Shown: positions 28,353-38,033, numbered from the stretch's first letter. The stretch is 64,000 bases of DNA from Candidatus Multivoradales bacterium (GCA_965223155.1 CBDCVR010000014.1:960001-1024000); one strand, 5' to 3'. Translations and numbers: made by a program. Notes: generated from the letters alone by a model not told the origin.

Positions 28353-28658
28353 ATGGGAGAACCACAGAAGACGTGTGTCCGCAGCAAGCCTCGCTTTCCG
28401 CTCGGCCGTGTTGTGGCGACACCGGGAGCGCTCGCGGCCCTCGAGGCCTCAGGCGAGCTTCCGGAACGCCTCCTCGGCCGCCACGTTCGCGGCGATTGGG
28501 GCGAGATTCCGGATGAGGACCGTCAGGAGAACGAGCTTTCGCTTCGCGAGGGCTACCGGGTCCTCTCCTCGTATCGCACTCGCCTCGGCACTCGGCTTTG
28601 GGTGATCACCGAGGCCGACCGTTCATCCACCTGTCTCCTCCTGCCGGAGGAGTACTGA
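28353..28658 (+). CDS. Conserved plasmid/ICE-associated hypothetical protein
   Basis: FPLGRVVATPGA...RHVRGDWG...WVITEADRSSTCLLLPEEY family pattern; AAGGAGG RBS. Confidence 0.85.
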   Translation: MGEPQKTCVRSKPRFPLGRVVATPGALAALEASGELPERLLGRHVRGDWGEIPDEDRQENELSLREGYRVLSSYRTRLGTRLWVITEADRSSTCLLLPEEY

Positions 28659-28684
28659 ACCCATTTCCACGAAAGGAGAACACC

Positions 28685-29698
28685 ATGCCCCAACCGGCAC
28701 GGAAACCGTCGACCTACGTCGACTTCAAGGCCGTCAAGGCCGCCGTCTCGATCCAAGCCGTCCTCGAGCGCTACGAGTTGCTCGACGACCTCAACGAGAA
28801 GGACGACGGCTACACCGGCGACTGCCCCTTCCACGAAGGGGAAACGCCTCGGCCGTTCCACGTTTCGACCTCGAAGAACGCCTGGTACTGCTTCGGCTGC
28901 GAGGAGGGCGGCAACGTCCTCGACTTCGTCGCCCGGATGGAGGATGTCTCTATCAAGAAGGCGGCGCAGCTTCTGGCCGAGTGGTTCGAGGTCAGATCGG
29001 CCCGCAAAGGGCCGAAACGGGCCCGCAGCGGGCCCCAGCGAGCGAGGCTCAAGAAAGCACCCGGTCGGGCGAAGGAGGAGCCTCAGGAAGGCCCTCAGGA
29101 GGCCGGCTCTGACGAGGTTGAAGCCGCACCAGGTGAGGAAACGCCGGAATCCGACGAGGAGCCGTCCAACCGCCCGCTGGGCTTCAGTCTGAAGAACCTG
29201 GATCCGAGCCACGAGCGACTCGGCGGCCTCGGTTTCGAGGTTTCGGTGTTCGAGCACTTCGAAGCCGGGTACTGCAGCAAGGGGATGATGAAGGGTCGCC
29301 TGGCGATCCCGATCCACTCTCCGATCGGCGAGCTCCTCGCTTACGCGGGTTTGGCTCTAGCGGCCGACGGCGGCTACAAGTTCCCACCCAAGTTCGACCG
29401 GAGCCTCGAGCTCTACAACCTGCACCGAGCCATCGAGCCGGCGCAGGAGCAAGGGCTCATTCTGGTCGAGGACGTGCTCGACGTCTGGCGACTCCACGAA
29501 GCCGGCTTCCACAACGCCGTCGCTCTGATGGCCGGAAACATGGGTCCGCGTCAAGAAGCGTCAGTGACCTCGGTCGCGGGCGACACCCAGCGGGTGGTCG
29601 TCCTCGGGCCGGAGTCCGATCGGCGTGACGCGCTCGTCAACCGGCTTTTGGCCCAGGTCTACGTCAAAGCACTCGAGCTTGACGAGTACCTCGCCTGA
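28685..29698 (+). CDS. CHC2 zinc-finger primase-like protein with degenerate Toprim domain
   Basis: CPFH...WYCFGC...GNVLDF; GRLAIPIH, LYNL, LVEDVLD; AAGGAG RBS before ATG 28685. Confidence 0.85.
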   Translation: MPQPARKPSTYVDFKAVKAAVSIQAVLERYELLDDLNEKDDGYTGDCPFHEGETPRPFHVSTSKNAWYCFGCEEGGNVLDFVARMEDVSIKKAAQLLAEWFEVRSARKGPKRARSGPQRARLKKAPGRAKEEPQEGPQEAGSDEVEAAPGEETPESDEEPSNRPLGFSLKNLDPSHERLGGLGFEVSVFEHFEAGYCSKGMMKGRLAIPIHSPIGELLAYAGLALAADGGYKFPPKFDRSLELYNLHRAIEPAQEQGLILVEDVLDVWRLHEAGFHNAVALMAGNMGPRQEASVTSVAGDTQRVVVLGPESDRRDALVNRLLAQVYVKALELDEYLA

Positions 29699-29712
29699 GT
29701 GGACCAGTCGAC

Positions 29713-29922
29713 ATGCGCATTCTCAGAGTCCCTGAGGTCACGAAGAAGCTCGGAATCAGCCGCACTACGCTCTGGCGCTGGAGCCGGCGACCGGGCTTCC
29801 CGGTCAAGCTCGAATTGGGTCCTCAGACTGTCGGCTGGATCGAAGAGGAGGTCGACAACTGGATTCTGCGACAGCGTAACCGCTCGTCGAGAGAGCCTTC
29901 GACCAGCGACGAAGATCTTTAG
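29713..29922 (+). CDS. AlpA-family regulator/excisionase
   Basis: ILRVPEVTKKLGISRTTLWRW...FP...LGPQTVGWIEEEVDNWI. Confidence 0.9.
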   Translation: MRILRVPEVTKKLGISRTTLWRWSRRPGFPVKLELGPQTVGWIEEEVDNWILRQRNRSSREPSTSDEDL

Positions 29923-29938
29923 GTTAGTTCTTTCAATC

Positions 29939-29973
29939 AAAAAGACGTCCCACTTCCGGGGCGTCTTTCTTTT
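29939..29973. terminator. Bidirectional intrinsic terminator
   Basis: AAAAAGACGTCCC-loop-GGGGCGTCTTTCTTTT between convergent genes. Confidence 0.8.
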
Positions 29974-29980
29974 CGCGCGG

Positions 29981-30271
29981 CTACTCCGATCGTCGGTCCA
30001 CCAGCCTGACCAGCCCCCAGAAGGCATCTCCCACCAGATCTTCCTCATAGTCGTCTCAAGTCTTCGGTTGCTGGACTTTCGGAACGTATAGCTCGTCAAG
30101 ATCGTTGACGTATTGGTCGTGGCAAGGGACCAGGGCCGTCTTCCCGCGAAGGCTGATCTTCCAGGCACCACCTCCACCAGCGCCACCAGGTCGCCAATCC
30201 ATAGTGCCGCCGATCTCCTTCAGGAGCTTCTTCACCTTCTGGTAGGGACGCGGTTCTTGCTCTGAGCTCAA
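29981..30271 (-). pseudogene. Small hypothetical gene probably interrupted by an in-frame TGA at 30056-30058
   Basis: The frame continues PKT*DDYEEDLVGDAFWGLVRLVDRRSE* to a TAG just before the terminator. Confidence 0.5.
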
Positions 30272-30885
30272 TTCGTCGCCTCCTTCTTCGCGTTGCTGCC
30301 ACCGGCTTCCAAGAGATGGAGCCTGGCTTCGAGCTTACCGACTTGCCGGCTCGAATCGGCCAGACGATCGACTAGGGCCTGTCGCTCCTTTACGAAGTTC
30401 GTCCGATCCTCTTGCAGCTGCTTGATGAATTGGTCCTTTGCCCGAGTGGCGATCTCCGCGTCCCGAAGCTTGAGCTCTAGCTCTTCGACACGGGCGTGGT
30501 CCTCGGCCTCTGCGGCAGCGGGCTGTGGCACACGCCTAGGTTGTACGGCGCCTTTCGTCACTCCACCTTTGGCCAATTCCTCCTGAATCGCTCGCTCGGC
30601 ACTCTCCGGCGTAATGAAGTACTTTCGCTCGTTCTGGTCGTAGCGACAATGGAGCCTGCTGCTTCCTGCGGCATCCTTCCGGCACCAGTTGGTGACGCTT
30701 CGCTCTGTCCGAGCCACGCCCGCGTCCTCGAACATCCTTGCCACCTCGCGCACCGTCAGCGTGTGGCTCTCACGAACTTCGGCATCGTTCGGAACAGTGC
30801 GGAACGCTTCCGAAGGCTGCGGAACCTTGCGGAAGTCTTCCGCACTGTTCCGAAGGGTGTCGGAGTTTCGCTGGTCTGGAGTCAT
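30268..30885 (-). CDS. HTH plus coiled-coil protein
   Basis: LTVREVARMFEDAGVARTERSVTNWC HTH-like segment, C-terminal coiled coil; start uncertain (30885-30975). Confidence 0.7.
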   Translation of the reverse strand: MTPDQRNSDTLRNSAEDFRKVPQPSEAFRTVPNDAEVRESHTLTVREVARMFEDAGVARTERSVTNWCRKDAAGSSRLHCRYDQNERKYFITPESAERAIQEELAKGGVTKGAVQPRRVPQPAAAEAEDHARVEELELKLRDAEIATRAKDQFIKQLQEDRTNFVKERQALVDRLADSSRQVGKLEARLHLLEAGGSNAKKEATN

Positions 30886-30983
30886 GTTGTCTTCATTGTA
30901 GGGAGGCATCGGCAACGCGCAACGGCGACTTATCCACAGAGCGATTCCGGCCGCGAGCCGCATAATGAGAACCACTACAAACC

Positions 30984-31745
30984 ATGTCAGCGCACTTCAA
31001 TCGACAATTCTGGATGCTCGACTTTCGGCTCCTCGAGAACCCGGATTTTCTGCAGTTCATCGGCTCGAGCGAGTTCGCGACCTTCCTCGTGCTTCTGCGC
31101 TATGTGTGGCGCGGAGAAACTGAGCACTACATGGGCCTTAGAGCGCTCTACAGAGAGGAAAAGAAGCTGGTGTGCTCTTTGACCCGGCGAAAGATCGCTG
31201 AGTACACCGGCATCGCCGAGGACAACATCTCTCGCCATCTGACGTCCCTCCAGAACAAGGGCATCATTCAGATCAGCCGCACCGGCCGGCAGAACATCTA
31301 CGTCCTAGGCGAGTGGATCGACGTCTACCACGACGGTTCCTACCGAGGCGTCGAGTGGTTCTTCATCGACGGCGTGTTTGGGGTCTCAAAAGACGATCTG
31401 ACGAATTCGTCAGATCTGTCCCGACGCTCGCCGTCAGGTCAGACCCGACGGTCGGCGTCAGACACTAATAGAAAAGAGAATAGAGAAGAAACCGTTAGCA
31501 GAAACGGCGACCTGAAAGGTCTTCCAGACTTAGAGCAGCCCGAGGAGAAGGTTGAATACTTGGCTGAGGAGATCCTCCGAGAGCTTGGAGACAAGCATTC
31601 AGCCAACTTCTACAGACTCGTCGCGAGGAAGGTACCTGAGCCTGAAATACGACGAACTCTCTCAGAGATTCGAGCAGATGGCGCGGAGGTTCCCGCAAAG
31701 GTCTTCACCTACCGAATGAAGCTCTACGCATCCAGCTACTCGTAA
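30984..31745 (+). CDS. Winged-HTH replication-initiator-like protein
   Basis: TRRKIAEYTGIAEDNISRHLTSLQNKGII...NIY wHTH, repeat-containing linker, small helical C-domain. Confidence 0.65.
   Translation: MSAHFNRQFWMLDFRLLENPDFLQFIGSSEFATFLVLLRYVWRGETEHYMGLRALYREEKKLVCSLTRRKIAEYTGIAEDNISRHLTSLQNKGIIQISRTGRQNIYVLGEWIDVYHDGSYRGVEWFFIDGVFGVSKDDLTNSSDLSRRSPSGQTRRSASDTNRKENREETVSRNGDLKGLPDLEQPEEKVEYLAEEILRELGDKHSANFYRLVARKVPEPEIRRTLSEIRADGAEVPAKVFTYRMKLYASSYS
31395..31490. repeat. Iteron-like repeats and A-rich tract inside the initiator gene
   Basis: 22-bp perfect palindrome GATCTGACGAATTCGTCAGATC, two CCCGACG-N5-CGTCAG copies 24 bp apart, then ACTAATAGAAAAGAGAATAGAGAAGAA. Confidence 0.6.
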
Positions 31746-31898
31746 AGTCCAGCCGCCTCTCTCCACGATACACTTCGCTCATCTCGTTTACCTTGGGCAC
31801 TTTGACGTTCTTGGCATATTCGCGACCTTCGAGCCTCGGGTTTCCAGGCTCTAACTTGATGAACTTCACAAACGTTTTGGCCCGGTAGGACCAAGAGA

Positions 31899-32771
31899 TT
31901 GCCTCACGCTCCCTCAGACGCCGCCCCTTGCAGACATTCCGCACGTCCACCAGATTGGCTAGTCGAGAAGCTCGTCTCGCTCTTCGAGTCTGAAATACCG
32001 AAGGATGCCGATTTCCTCGCTAGGCACGGCATTTCGGCCACTGAGTACCGAATGGCCTACGATCAGGCCGTCGAGCGAATTCGCGGCCGGATGTCTGCTT
32101 CCGATGCAACAAAACGAGGATTCGTCGAGGCAATCCTGTCCGAAGGTGTTCGCCAGAAAGTCTTCAGATCATGGTCCCTGGAAGATGCCCCACTATCCAA
32201 GGTCTATCGCCTGGAACTAACGTCAGGTGGGACCGTCGGCCTAATCCGAAAAGGTTGCCCAGACGGAAACCACATGAACAGATGGTCTCGGCCTGCCTGG
32301 GCTAGTGAACTTTTCCTTTGGTGGCTCTGCCCAACGTCACAGGTTCGCGACCCGGGCGCAAACATCTGGAAAGGCATTGCTCGCTACAGGTCCCGGCTCC
32401 AACGGTCGCGCAGAGAACAGTTGGACGGCGTCATCTTTCACGATCAGCTTTGTGGCACTCCGCAGAGACCTTGCCCCAAGAAGCGCACCAAGCTGATTCT
32501 GAATGACATCGCTATTCCAGCACCATGCTTGTACGTATTGCCCCAGATTCCCGAGACGGCGGGGCGCCACAACTGGCGAGGAGAAAGGCAACTCGAGTTT
32601 CCCCCTGCGCTTCTTGGGCTCTTCGGCGTCTCCCGAACCGCGTCCGATTACTACACAGGCTTCGTCGGCCTGGAGACAACCAGCACCGGAATCTCCAGAA
32701 CAAGAGTCACAGCTCGGTTCGGCGAGGGACAGATCTCAAGCCACACAACCTCCAGGAGACTTCAGAGATGA
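31899..32771 (+). CDS. Hypothetical protein, possible restriction-endonuclease-like
   Basis: KGCPDGNH, LCGT..RPCPK and PAPCLY Cys motifs; first gene of the operon facing the MTase; the nuclease role is inference. Confidence 0.5.
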   Translation: MPHAPSDAAPCRHSARPPDWLVEKLVSLFESEIPKDADFLARHGISATEYRMAYDQAVERIRGRMSASDATKRGFVEAILSEGVRQKVFRSWSLEDAPLSKVYRLELTSGGTVGLIRKGCPDGNHMNRWSRPAWASELFLWWLCPTSQVRDPGANIWKGIARYRSRLQRSRREQLDGVIFHDQLCGTPQRPCPKKRTKLILNDIAIPAPCLYVLPQIPETAGRHNWRGERQLEFPPALLGLFGVSRTASDYYTGFVGLETTSTGISRTRVTARFGEGQISSHTTSRRLQR

Positions 32772-34081
32772 ATCCACACCTCAACCAGGAGCGAGTCGAG
32801 TATCTTCAGAATCGGCCTCAGGACCAAAGCGAGCGTCTCGCCGCCTGGCCGCGGAACAACAAGAACCTCCCTGTCTGCGAAATTGAGATCGATTGGCTCA
32901 GATTCTCTATCCGAAATCACAGAACGAAGGCCGAGCAGCTAAAGCGAATCAAGGAAACAGGCAATGCAGGGTTGTTCCGGGATAACCCGCTAGGCCCGCT
33001 AGCACAGCGAGAGCAGTATGAGCTATTGAAGAAGCTCCCGCGGTTCCCAAACCTCAAGGAGGACCTGCGAAATCGCGAGCAGCAGGACCGAGCGGTCGTC
33101 ACTGCGGAAGGAGTTGTAATCAACGGCAACCGAAGGCTCGCAGCACTCAGGGCATTGCTCGAAGACGATCACCTTCCAGCCCGCTACATGCACTGCATCA
33201 TTCTTCCGGAAGACGCGACCGAGGACGAGATGCGGCTCCTTGAGACTGAGCTTCAGGTCGCCGAGACTTTCCGCGAAGAGTACTCCTGGATCAATCGTCT
33301 TCTGCTTGTCGACGAACTCTTAGAGGCCAACGATCAGCGGTACAGCCTCGTTGCAACCATCATGCACATGGAAGAACGCGACGTGCGCGAAGATATTCAG
33401 ATACTTCGGCAACTCGACCAGATAGTCGAGATGTCAGATGACACCTACCTCCATGCTGACTTTGAACCACATGAATCCGCGTTCAAGGAGCTGACCAAAC
33501 ACATCAGCAACAAACCTGAGGACGAGGCGAAGGCGGTCAGGACTGCCTATTTCCTCGGAACTCTCTCAAAATGCAACTACCGCGACCTTCGTCACCTCCG
33601 GTCGCCGAGCGCCCTAGAGTACATTGAGGCGGAAATCAAAGCGATGCCTGAGCTAGAGGAAGTCGCTGATACCGTCTCGAGGCGTACACAAGAGTCGGAG
33701 CGAAGCGCTGTCGATGATCTACTCGATGACGCTCTTGGAACAGAGCAATCCTCCACCAAAGCTGAGGCCCTGCTGAGCGAGTTGGCGCGAGCCGACGTCT
33801 CGTCGTCAATTGAGCTCCCAGACGGCGAGGACATCGCGGTAACCGCCGTGCTCAGTCATCTCAACATCGCCGTCACGCAAGCAGCTCAGGAAGCCAAGAG
33901 CGACAGCGAGGAGCAGGAGAAGGCCGCGGCGCCAGCCAAGCGAATCGCCGAGGCGAGTGCGAAGATCCGGCGAGCTCTCTTGATTCTCCCCGAGGCAAGG
34001 GCCCTGCCCGATTGGAACGAGGATGAGTTTCGCAAATGCGTGAAGGACCTTCAGAACGCTACGAAGAAGCTAGTTGAGTGA
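32768..34081 (+). CDS. ParB/Srx N-terminal domain protein
   Basis: RNHRT and VVTAEGVVINGNRRLAALR motifs; ATGA overlap with the upstream gene. Confidence 0.8.
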   Translation: MNPHLNQERVEYLQNRPQDQSERLAAWPRNNKNLPVCEIEIDWLRFSIRNHRTKAEQLKRIKETGNAGLFRDNPLGPLAQREQYELLKKLPRFPNLKEDLRNREQQDRAVVTAEGVVINGNRRLAALRALLEDDHLPARYMHCIILPEDATEDEMRLLETELQVAETFREEYSWINRLLLVDELLEANDQRYSLVATIMHMEERDVREDIQILRQLDQIVEMSDDTYLHADFEPHESAFKELTKHISNKPEDEAKAVRTAYFLGTLSKCNYRDLRHLRSPSALEYIEAEIKAMPELEEVADTVSRRTQESERSAVDDLLDDALGTEQSSTKAEALLSELARADVSSSIELPDGEDIAVTAVLSHLNIAVTQAAQEAKSDSEEQEKAAAPAKRIAEASAKIRRALLILPEARALPDWNEDEFRKCVKDLQNATKKLVE

Positions 34082-35985
34082 TACGTCTTGAAATAGAGCC
34101 ACTCCACCCATCCATTGTTCGATTGGACGTCGGGAACTCGGCCGGTGAACGCGGCGCATGGGCAAGACTTCAAGAGGTCTATCAAAGAGGGGTAGCAGGC
34201 GGGTCGCGTTCGCATCTCCTTGTTCGTCTGGATGTTGTCTTGAGCGAACTTGCGGCGCTTCGGGAAGTTCGCCGTGGGTTCGGCGCTCCGATAGAAATCG
34301 GGGGCCGATTGCGCGAGCGGATCGCTCGACTAGCCACAGACAGGAAGGGACGGGAAGCTGCAATAAGGGCTTCTAGCTTCGATGAAGAAGGCATCGAATC
34401 GGAGCTTGACGCAGCAGGATTCAAAAGAAGGCTTAGACCCTTCCAGGTCAAGAATCTCGCGAAGCTCCTAGCGCTTCCTCACGGGGCTGATTTCTCGGTC
34501 CCTGGAGCCGGGAAGACAACGGTCGCGCTTGCTCAGTTCGCTCTTCGCTGCGAGCAAGGGGTTGCGGAGAAGGCGCTAGTGATAGCGCCGATCTCAGCTT
34601 TCTCAAGCTGGCAGGAAGAAACGGAGGCTTGCTTCAGGCACCCTCCTGAAGTAGCCATCCATCAGATTGGGGAACCGATACCCGGAACAGCGACGATCAC
34701 ACTGTCCAACTATCACCGCCTTGCCGCGGACTTCGAATCCCTTCATGCCTGGACAAACGAGGATCGCACGCTGGTGTTCCTGGATGAGGCCCACAGAATG
34801 AAGCGAGGCCGCGCGGGCGTTCACGGTTCCGCAGCGCTGGATCTCGCCTTCTCCGCCGTCAGGCGGGACATCCTCACCGGAACCCCGTCCCCTCAGGGAG
34901 CATTAGACCTCGTTGCGCTGATGGATTTTCTCTATCCCGGGCAAGCGCGCCTGATCCTGCCCCAAGAGGCCTTTGTCCCTGCAATGTCGCTCGAGCCCGC
35001 TGTGCTTCAGGAATCGAGCCGCCGCCTTCAAACTCACTTCGTCCGAACCACCAAAAAGGACCTCGACCTCCCGCCAACAGAGTTTGCCGTTGTCGCTCAG
35101 CCGATGGGTCCAATCCAGCAGAAGATCTATCGAGCAATCTGCGGCACCTACCGAGGCCGACTGTCGCTCGAAAAGCCTGATCGCCGCTTTCTGCGCCGGC
35201 TTGGCAGAATCGTTATGTATCTGCTCGAAGCGGCGACCAATCCGCTTCTCTTGCCAGCCGGTTCTGACCCGGAGGACCTCTCGCCGTTCGCGCACCCTCC
35301 CCTCCAACTTGAAGACGACAGCTCCTTACTGCAACTCCTCGCAGAGTATGGTCGCTATGAGACGCCGTGGAAATACAGGTACGTATACGACAGGGTGGCG
35401 GAGGCTTCGCAAGCTGGCGAGAAGGCTGTGGTCTGGACGAACTTCGTACGGAACATAAGGCTGCTAGCGCAAGAACTCGCCGAGTTCCAACCTGCGGTCA
35501 TACATGGAGGCGTTCCCACCCGACACAATGCCGCTTCAGGCCTAGAGTTGACTCGTGAGGATGAGCTTGATCGGTTTCGCCATGATCCGGATTGTAAGGT
35601 GCTCCTCGCGAACCCTGCCGCCGCCGGAGAAGGAATCAGTCTCCACCATTGGTGTCACCATGCGATCTACCTGGATCGAACATTCAACGCCGCGCACTAT
35701 CTACAAAGCCAAGATCGCATCCACCGGCTTGGTCTTGAGGCAGGAGTAATAACCCGATTCACTCTCTTGGTATCACAGGAGTCGATTGACGAAACAGTCG
35801 ATCAGCGACTTCGCATAAAGGTGGAAGCGCTCTCGGTCCTCATGAGCGACCCCGATCTTGTTCAGGTTTCCCTGCCAGATGAAGAGGATCCCGATCTTGG
35901 GGGCAACCCTGCCTTTGACGAGGACGAAGCTGCTCTCCATAAACACCTCGAAGCTGTTGGCAATGGGTCAGCTCCTGCCAAGTGA
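34078..35985 (+). CDS. SNF2-family (SF2) helicase/ATPase
   Basis: LRPFQ, SVPGAGKT, LDEAH, LTGTP, GEGISL, QSQDRIHRLG; GTGA overlap. Confidence 0.92.
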   Translation: MIRLEIEPLHPSIVRLDVGNSAGERGAWARLQEVYQRGVAGGSRSHLLVRLDVVLSELAALREVRRGFGAPIEIGGRLRERIARLATDRKGREAAIRASSFDEEGIESELDAAGFKRRLRPFQVKNLAKLLALPHGADFSVPGAGKTTVALAQFALRCEQGVAEKALVIAPISAFSSWQEETEACFRHPPEVAIHQIGEPIPGTATITLSNYHRLAADFESLHAWTNEDRTLVFLDEAHRMKRGRAGVHGSAALDLAFSAVRRDILTGTPSPQGALDLVALMDFLYPGQARLILPQEAFVPAMSLEPAVLQESSRRLQTHFVRTTKKDLDLPPTEFAVVAQPMGPIQQKIYRAICGTYRGRLSLEKPDRRFLRRLGRIVMYLLEAATNPLLLPAGSDPEDLSPFAHPPLQLEDDSSLLQLLAEYGRYETPWKYRYVYDRVAEASQAGEKAVVWTNFVRNIRLLAQELAEFQPAVIHGGVPTRHNAASGLELTREDELDRFRHDPDCKVLLANPAAAGEGISLHHWCHHAIYLDRTFNAAHYLQSQDRIHRLGLEAGVITRFTLLVSQESIDETVDQRLRIKVEALSVLMSDPDLVQVSLPDEEDPDLGGNPAFDEDEAALHKHLEAVGNGSAPAK

Positions 35986-36889
35986 AGGCATTTGCCACGG
36001 CTGCTATGTCCTCGGATACGCAGCGACGCTGAATCCCAGGCCTGACTTTGATGAGTGGGTCAGTCGGGCCCGAAGGCAGCTTGCCGGGGAAAGCGGAACT
36101 CGGGATATCGAACGACTAGCCCGTACACTTCTCAATATCGGACTCGTGTCTGCAAAGCCTGACGGGACGGTCTATTTCCGGGCTCGGTTCCCTTCCTGCC
36201 GGGATGGGTCGGACCGCTTGACTCGGCTTCGAATCGCCATGGCGGTCCTGCAAGCCTCAAGGCCGAGATGGCTCCCAAAGTCGGGCGTCATTGAAGACAT
36301 CGTTCCTGCCCTAGTTCCCGAACGCGATCTCCTCGAGCTGGAGTGGATGGGCAGTGATCTCGAACCAATTCTGGCATCACTCGTTTCACCCCCTTCAGAC
36401 GATGCGATCCTCAAAACCTTGGGAGACTTCGGAGAAGCGGCCGTCATGGCGGCAGAGACTCGCAGGGGCAGAGATGTACTTCAGGTCAGCGAGATCAGCG
36501 ACCACTATGGGTACGATTTGGAATCAGCCGACAACAAGCTCGGGGACATTCTGCGGCTCGAGGTTAAGGCTGCGGTGTCAACCAGACCGGATGTCTTCTA
36601 TCTTTCACGCAACCAGTTCAGAGTCGCACGAGTCTTCGACAGTTCGTGGCGTTTGGTTCAGGTTGTGTTTGACGCATCTGACTTCTGGACTAAGCAAGTA
36701 ATTGACCGCAAGAGCATTTACCTTCTCCGATATATCGATGCCGCCACTCTCCACAGCTTAGCCGTCCAAGACCTACCCCAATGTAAGTGGCAAGGTAAGC
36801 TGCGTTTCAAGCTGGGAGCCAAACACTGGGTGGATTATCCCCACAGGCCTCCAACGAATTGGTCAATTCAGGCCCCGCTGCCTCGCTAA
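35963..36889 (+). CDS. DUF3883 (NO VEIN C-terminal) PD-(D/E)xK nuclease domain protein
   Basis: GDFGEAAV...VSEISDHYGYDLES...LEVK...FYLSRNQ; overlaps the helicase end. Confidence 0.8.
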   Translation: MGQLLPSEGICHGCYVLGYAATLNPRPDFDEWVSRARRQLAGESGTRDIERLARTLLNIGLVSAKPDGTVYFRARFPSCRDGSDRLTRLRIAMAVLQASRPRWLPKSGVIEDIVPALVPERDLLELEWMGSDLEPILASLVSPPSDDAILKTLGDFGEAAVMAAETRRGRDVLQVSEISDHYGYDLESADNKLGDILRLEVKAAVSTRPDVFYLSRNQFRVARVFDSSWRLVQVVFDASDFWTKQVIDRKSIYLLRYIDAATLHSLAVQDLPQCKWQGKLRFKLGAKHWVDYPHRPPTNWSIQAPLPR

Positions 36890-36912
36890 AGGCTCGCCTT
36901 AAAACCGTACCC

Positions 36913-37338
36913 TCAGGCTCCTGCGGGGGACCCCGATCGTCTCCTAGCGAGTTCCGTCGAGAGACGCCGAACGCCACGCTCAAGTTGGCACTCCCAAATT
37001 GTCCAGACGGACCAGCCCATTTGCCGGAGTTCTTTGCGAACTCGTTGGTCCCGCTTCCGGTTGCGCTCTATCTTCGCCTCCCAGTAGTCCCGTCTACTCT
37101 CAGGCATCCGAGAGCGCCTACAGCCGTGCCAGTGCCAGAAGCACCCATGAACAAAGACCGCTAGCTTAAAGCGCGGGAAGATCAGATCGGGCGTTCCTGG
37201 CAAGTGCCTTCCATGCAGCCGATAGCGGAAACCTGCAGCGTGAACCGCTTTCCTTACATAGAGCTCAGGGCCTGTGTCCGTTGATCGGACGCGGGCCATA
37301 ATCCTGCTACGTGCTGCTTCGCTGACGGTGTCCGTCAG
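36913..37338 (-). CDS. vsr: Very-short-patch repair endonuclease
   Basis: TDTVSEAARSRIMARVRSTDTGPEL, LPGTPD, FVHGCFWH, IWEC; CTG start after AGGAGG. Confidence 0.95.
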   Translation of the reverse strand: MTDTVSEAARSRIMARVRSTDTGPELYVRKAVHAAGFRYRLHGRHLPGTPDLIFPRFKLAVFVHGCFWHWHGCRRSRMPESRRDYWEAKIERNRKRDQRVRKELRQMGWSVWTIWECQLERGVRRLSTELARRRSGSPAGA

Positions 37339-37359
37339 TAGGCCTCCTATCCAAAAGCT

Positions 37360-38010
37360 TTAGGTGTTGCTCCCCTGCCCGGTCTCGTCGAACCTTCGCT
37401 TGGCCAGATGTTCCAAACGTCTCGCTTGGGTGAGCAGCGTCATGCGAAGGCCGGGCCCGACGGAGCGTTCGCTTATCACCTGTGCGAGCTTTGCAATAGT
37501 CGCAGCTCGCCTCGCCACTCGTAGGTCTGGATGTCTTCGCCGGTCGTACACGTGCTGCGGAACAATGCGGCGACGAAAAGACGTCGGCAGTTTTGCTAGA
37601 GGAGCCTTTGCCACTTCGACCTCATTTAGCACTGCGCCAAACTCTGAAGCCTCGATAGCCTCCTGAAAGACGGTGTACTCGGCTGAGTCAAGTAGTTGTT
37701 TACGCTCCCCCTTGTCTAGGTCTGTCGCGTGCCACAGTGGCCAGATCTCGACCTCGGCAACTTCGAAAACATCTAGTACGTTCATCGCCACAGCATCTGT
37801 CCGCTGGTTAGTAAGATGCCGAGCGATCCGCGAGCTCACGCGCTCGTAAGTTTGCCCAACGTAGATCGGTTCGCCGTCGTAGTCATAGAAGGCGTAGACA
37901 CCACACTTGCATGTGCCAATCCTCTTGCCATTCTCGTCCGTCGTGTCGAGGAGCTTTTTGAGCTCGCGCCGGATTGCTCGAACTTCCTCCGGCGGCTCTA
38001 GGCGGGGCAT
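37360..38010 (-). CDS. GIY-YIG nuclease
   Basis: GVYAF...IYVGQT...RIARH...E...LN. Confidence 0.85.
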   Translation of the reverse strand: MPRLEPPEEVRAIRRELKKLLDTTDENGKRIGTCKCGVYAFYDYDGEPIYVGQTYERVSSRIARHLTNQRTDAVAMNVLDVFEVAEVEIWPLWHATDLDKGERKQLLDSAEYTVFQEAIEASEFGAVLNEVEVAKAPLAKLPTSFRRRIVPQHVYDRRRHPDLRVARRAATIAKLAQVISERSVGPGLRMTLLTQARRLEHLAKRRFDETGQGSNT

Positions 38011-38033
38011 TGTCTAGGCAATCAAGCTGCGAC

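Noticed and set aside
30056-30058. TGA recoding (genetic code 4/25 or selenocysteine)
   Set aside because: Many intact genes in both the element and the chromosome end in TGA; a single nonsense change is simpler.
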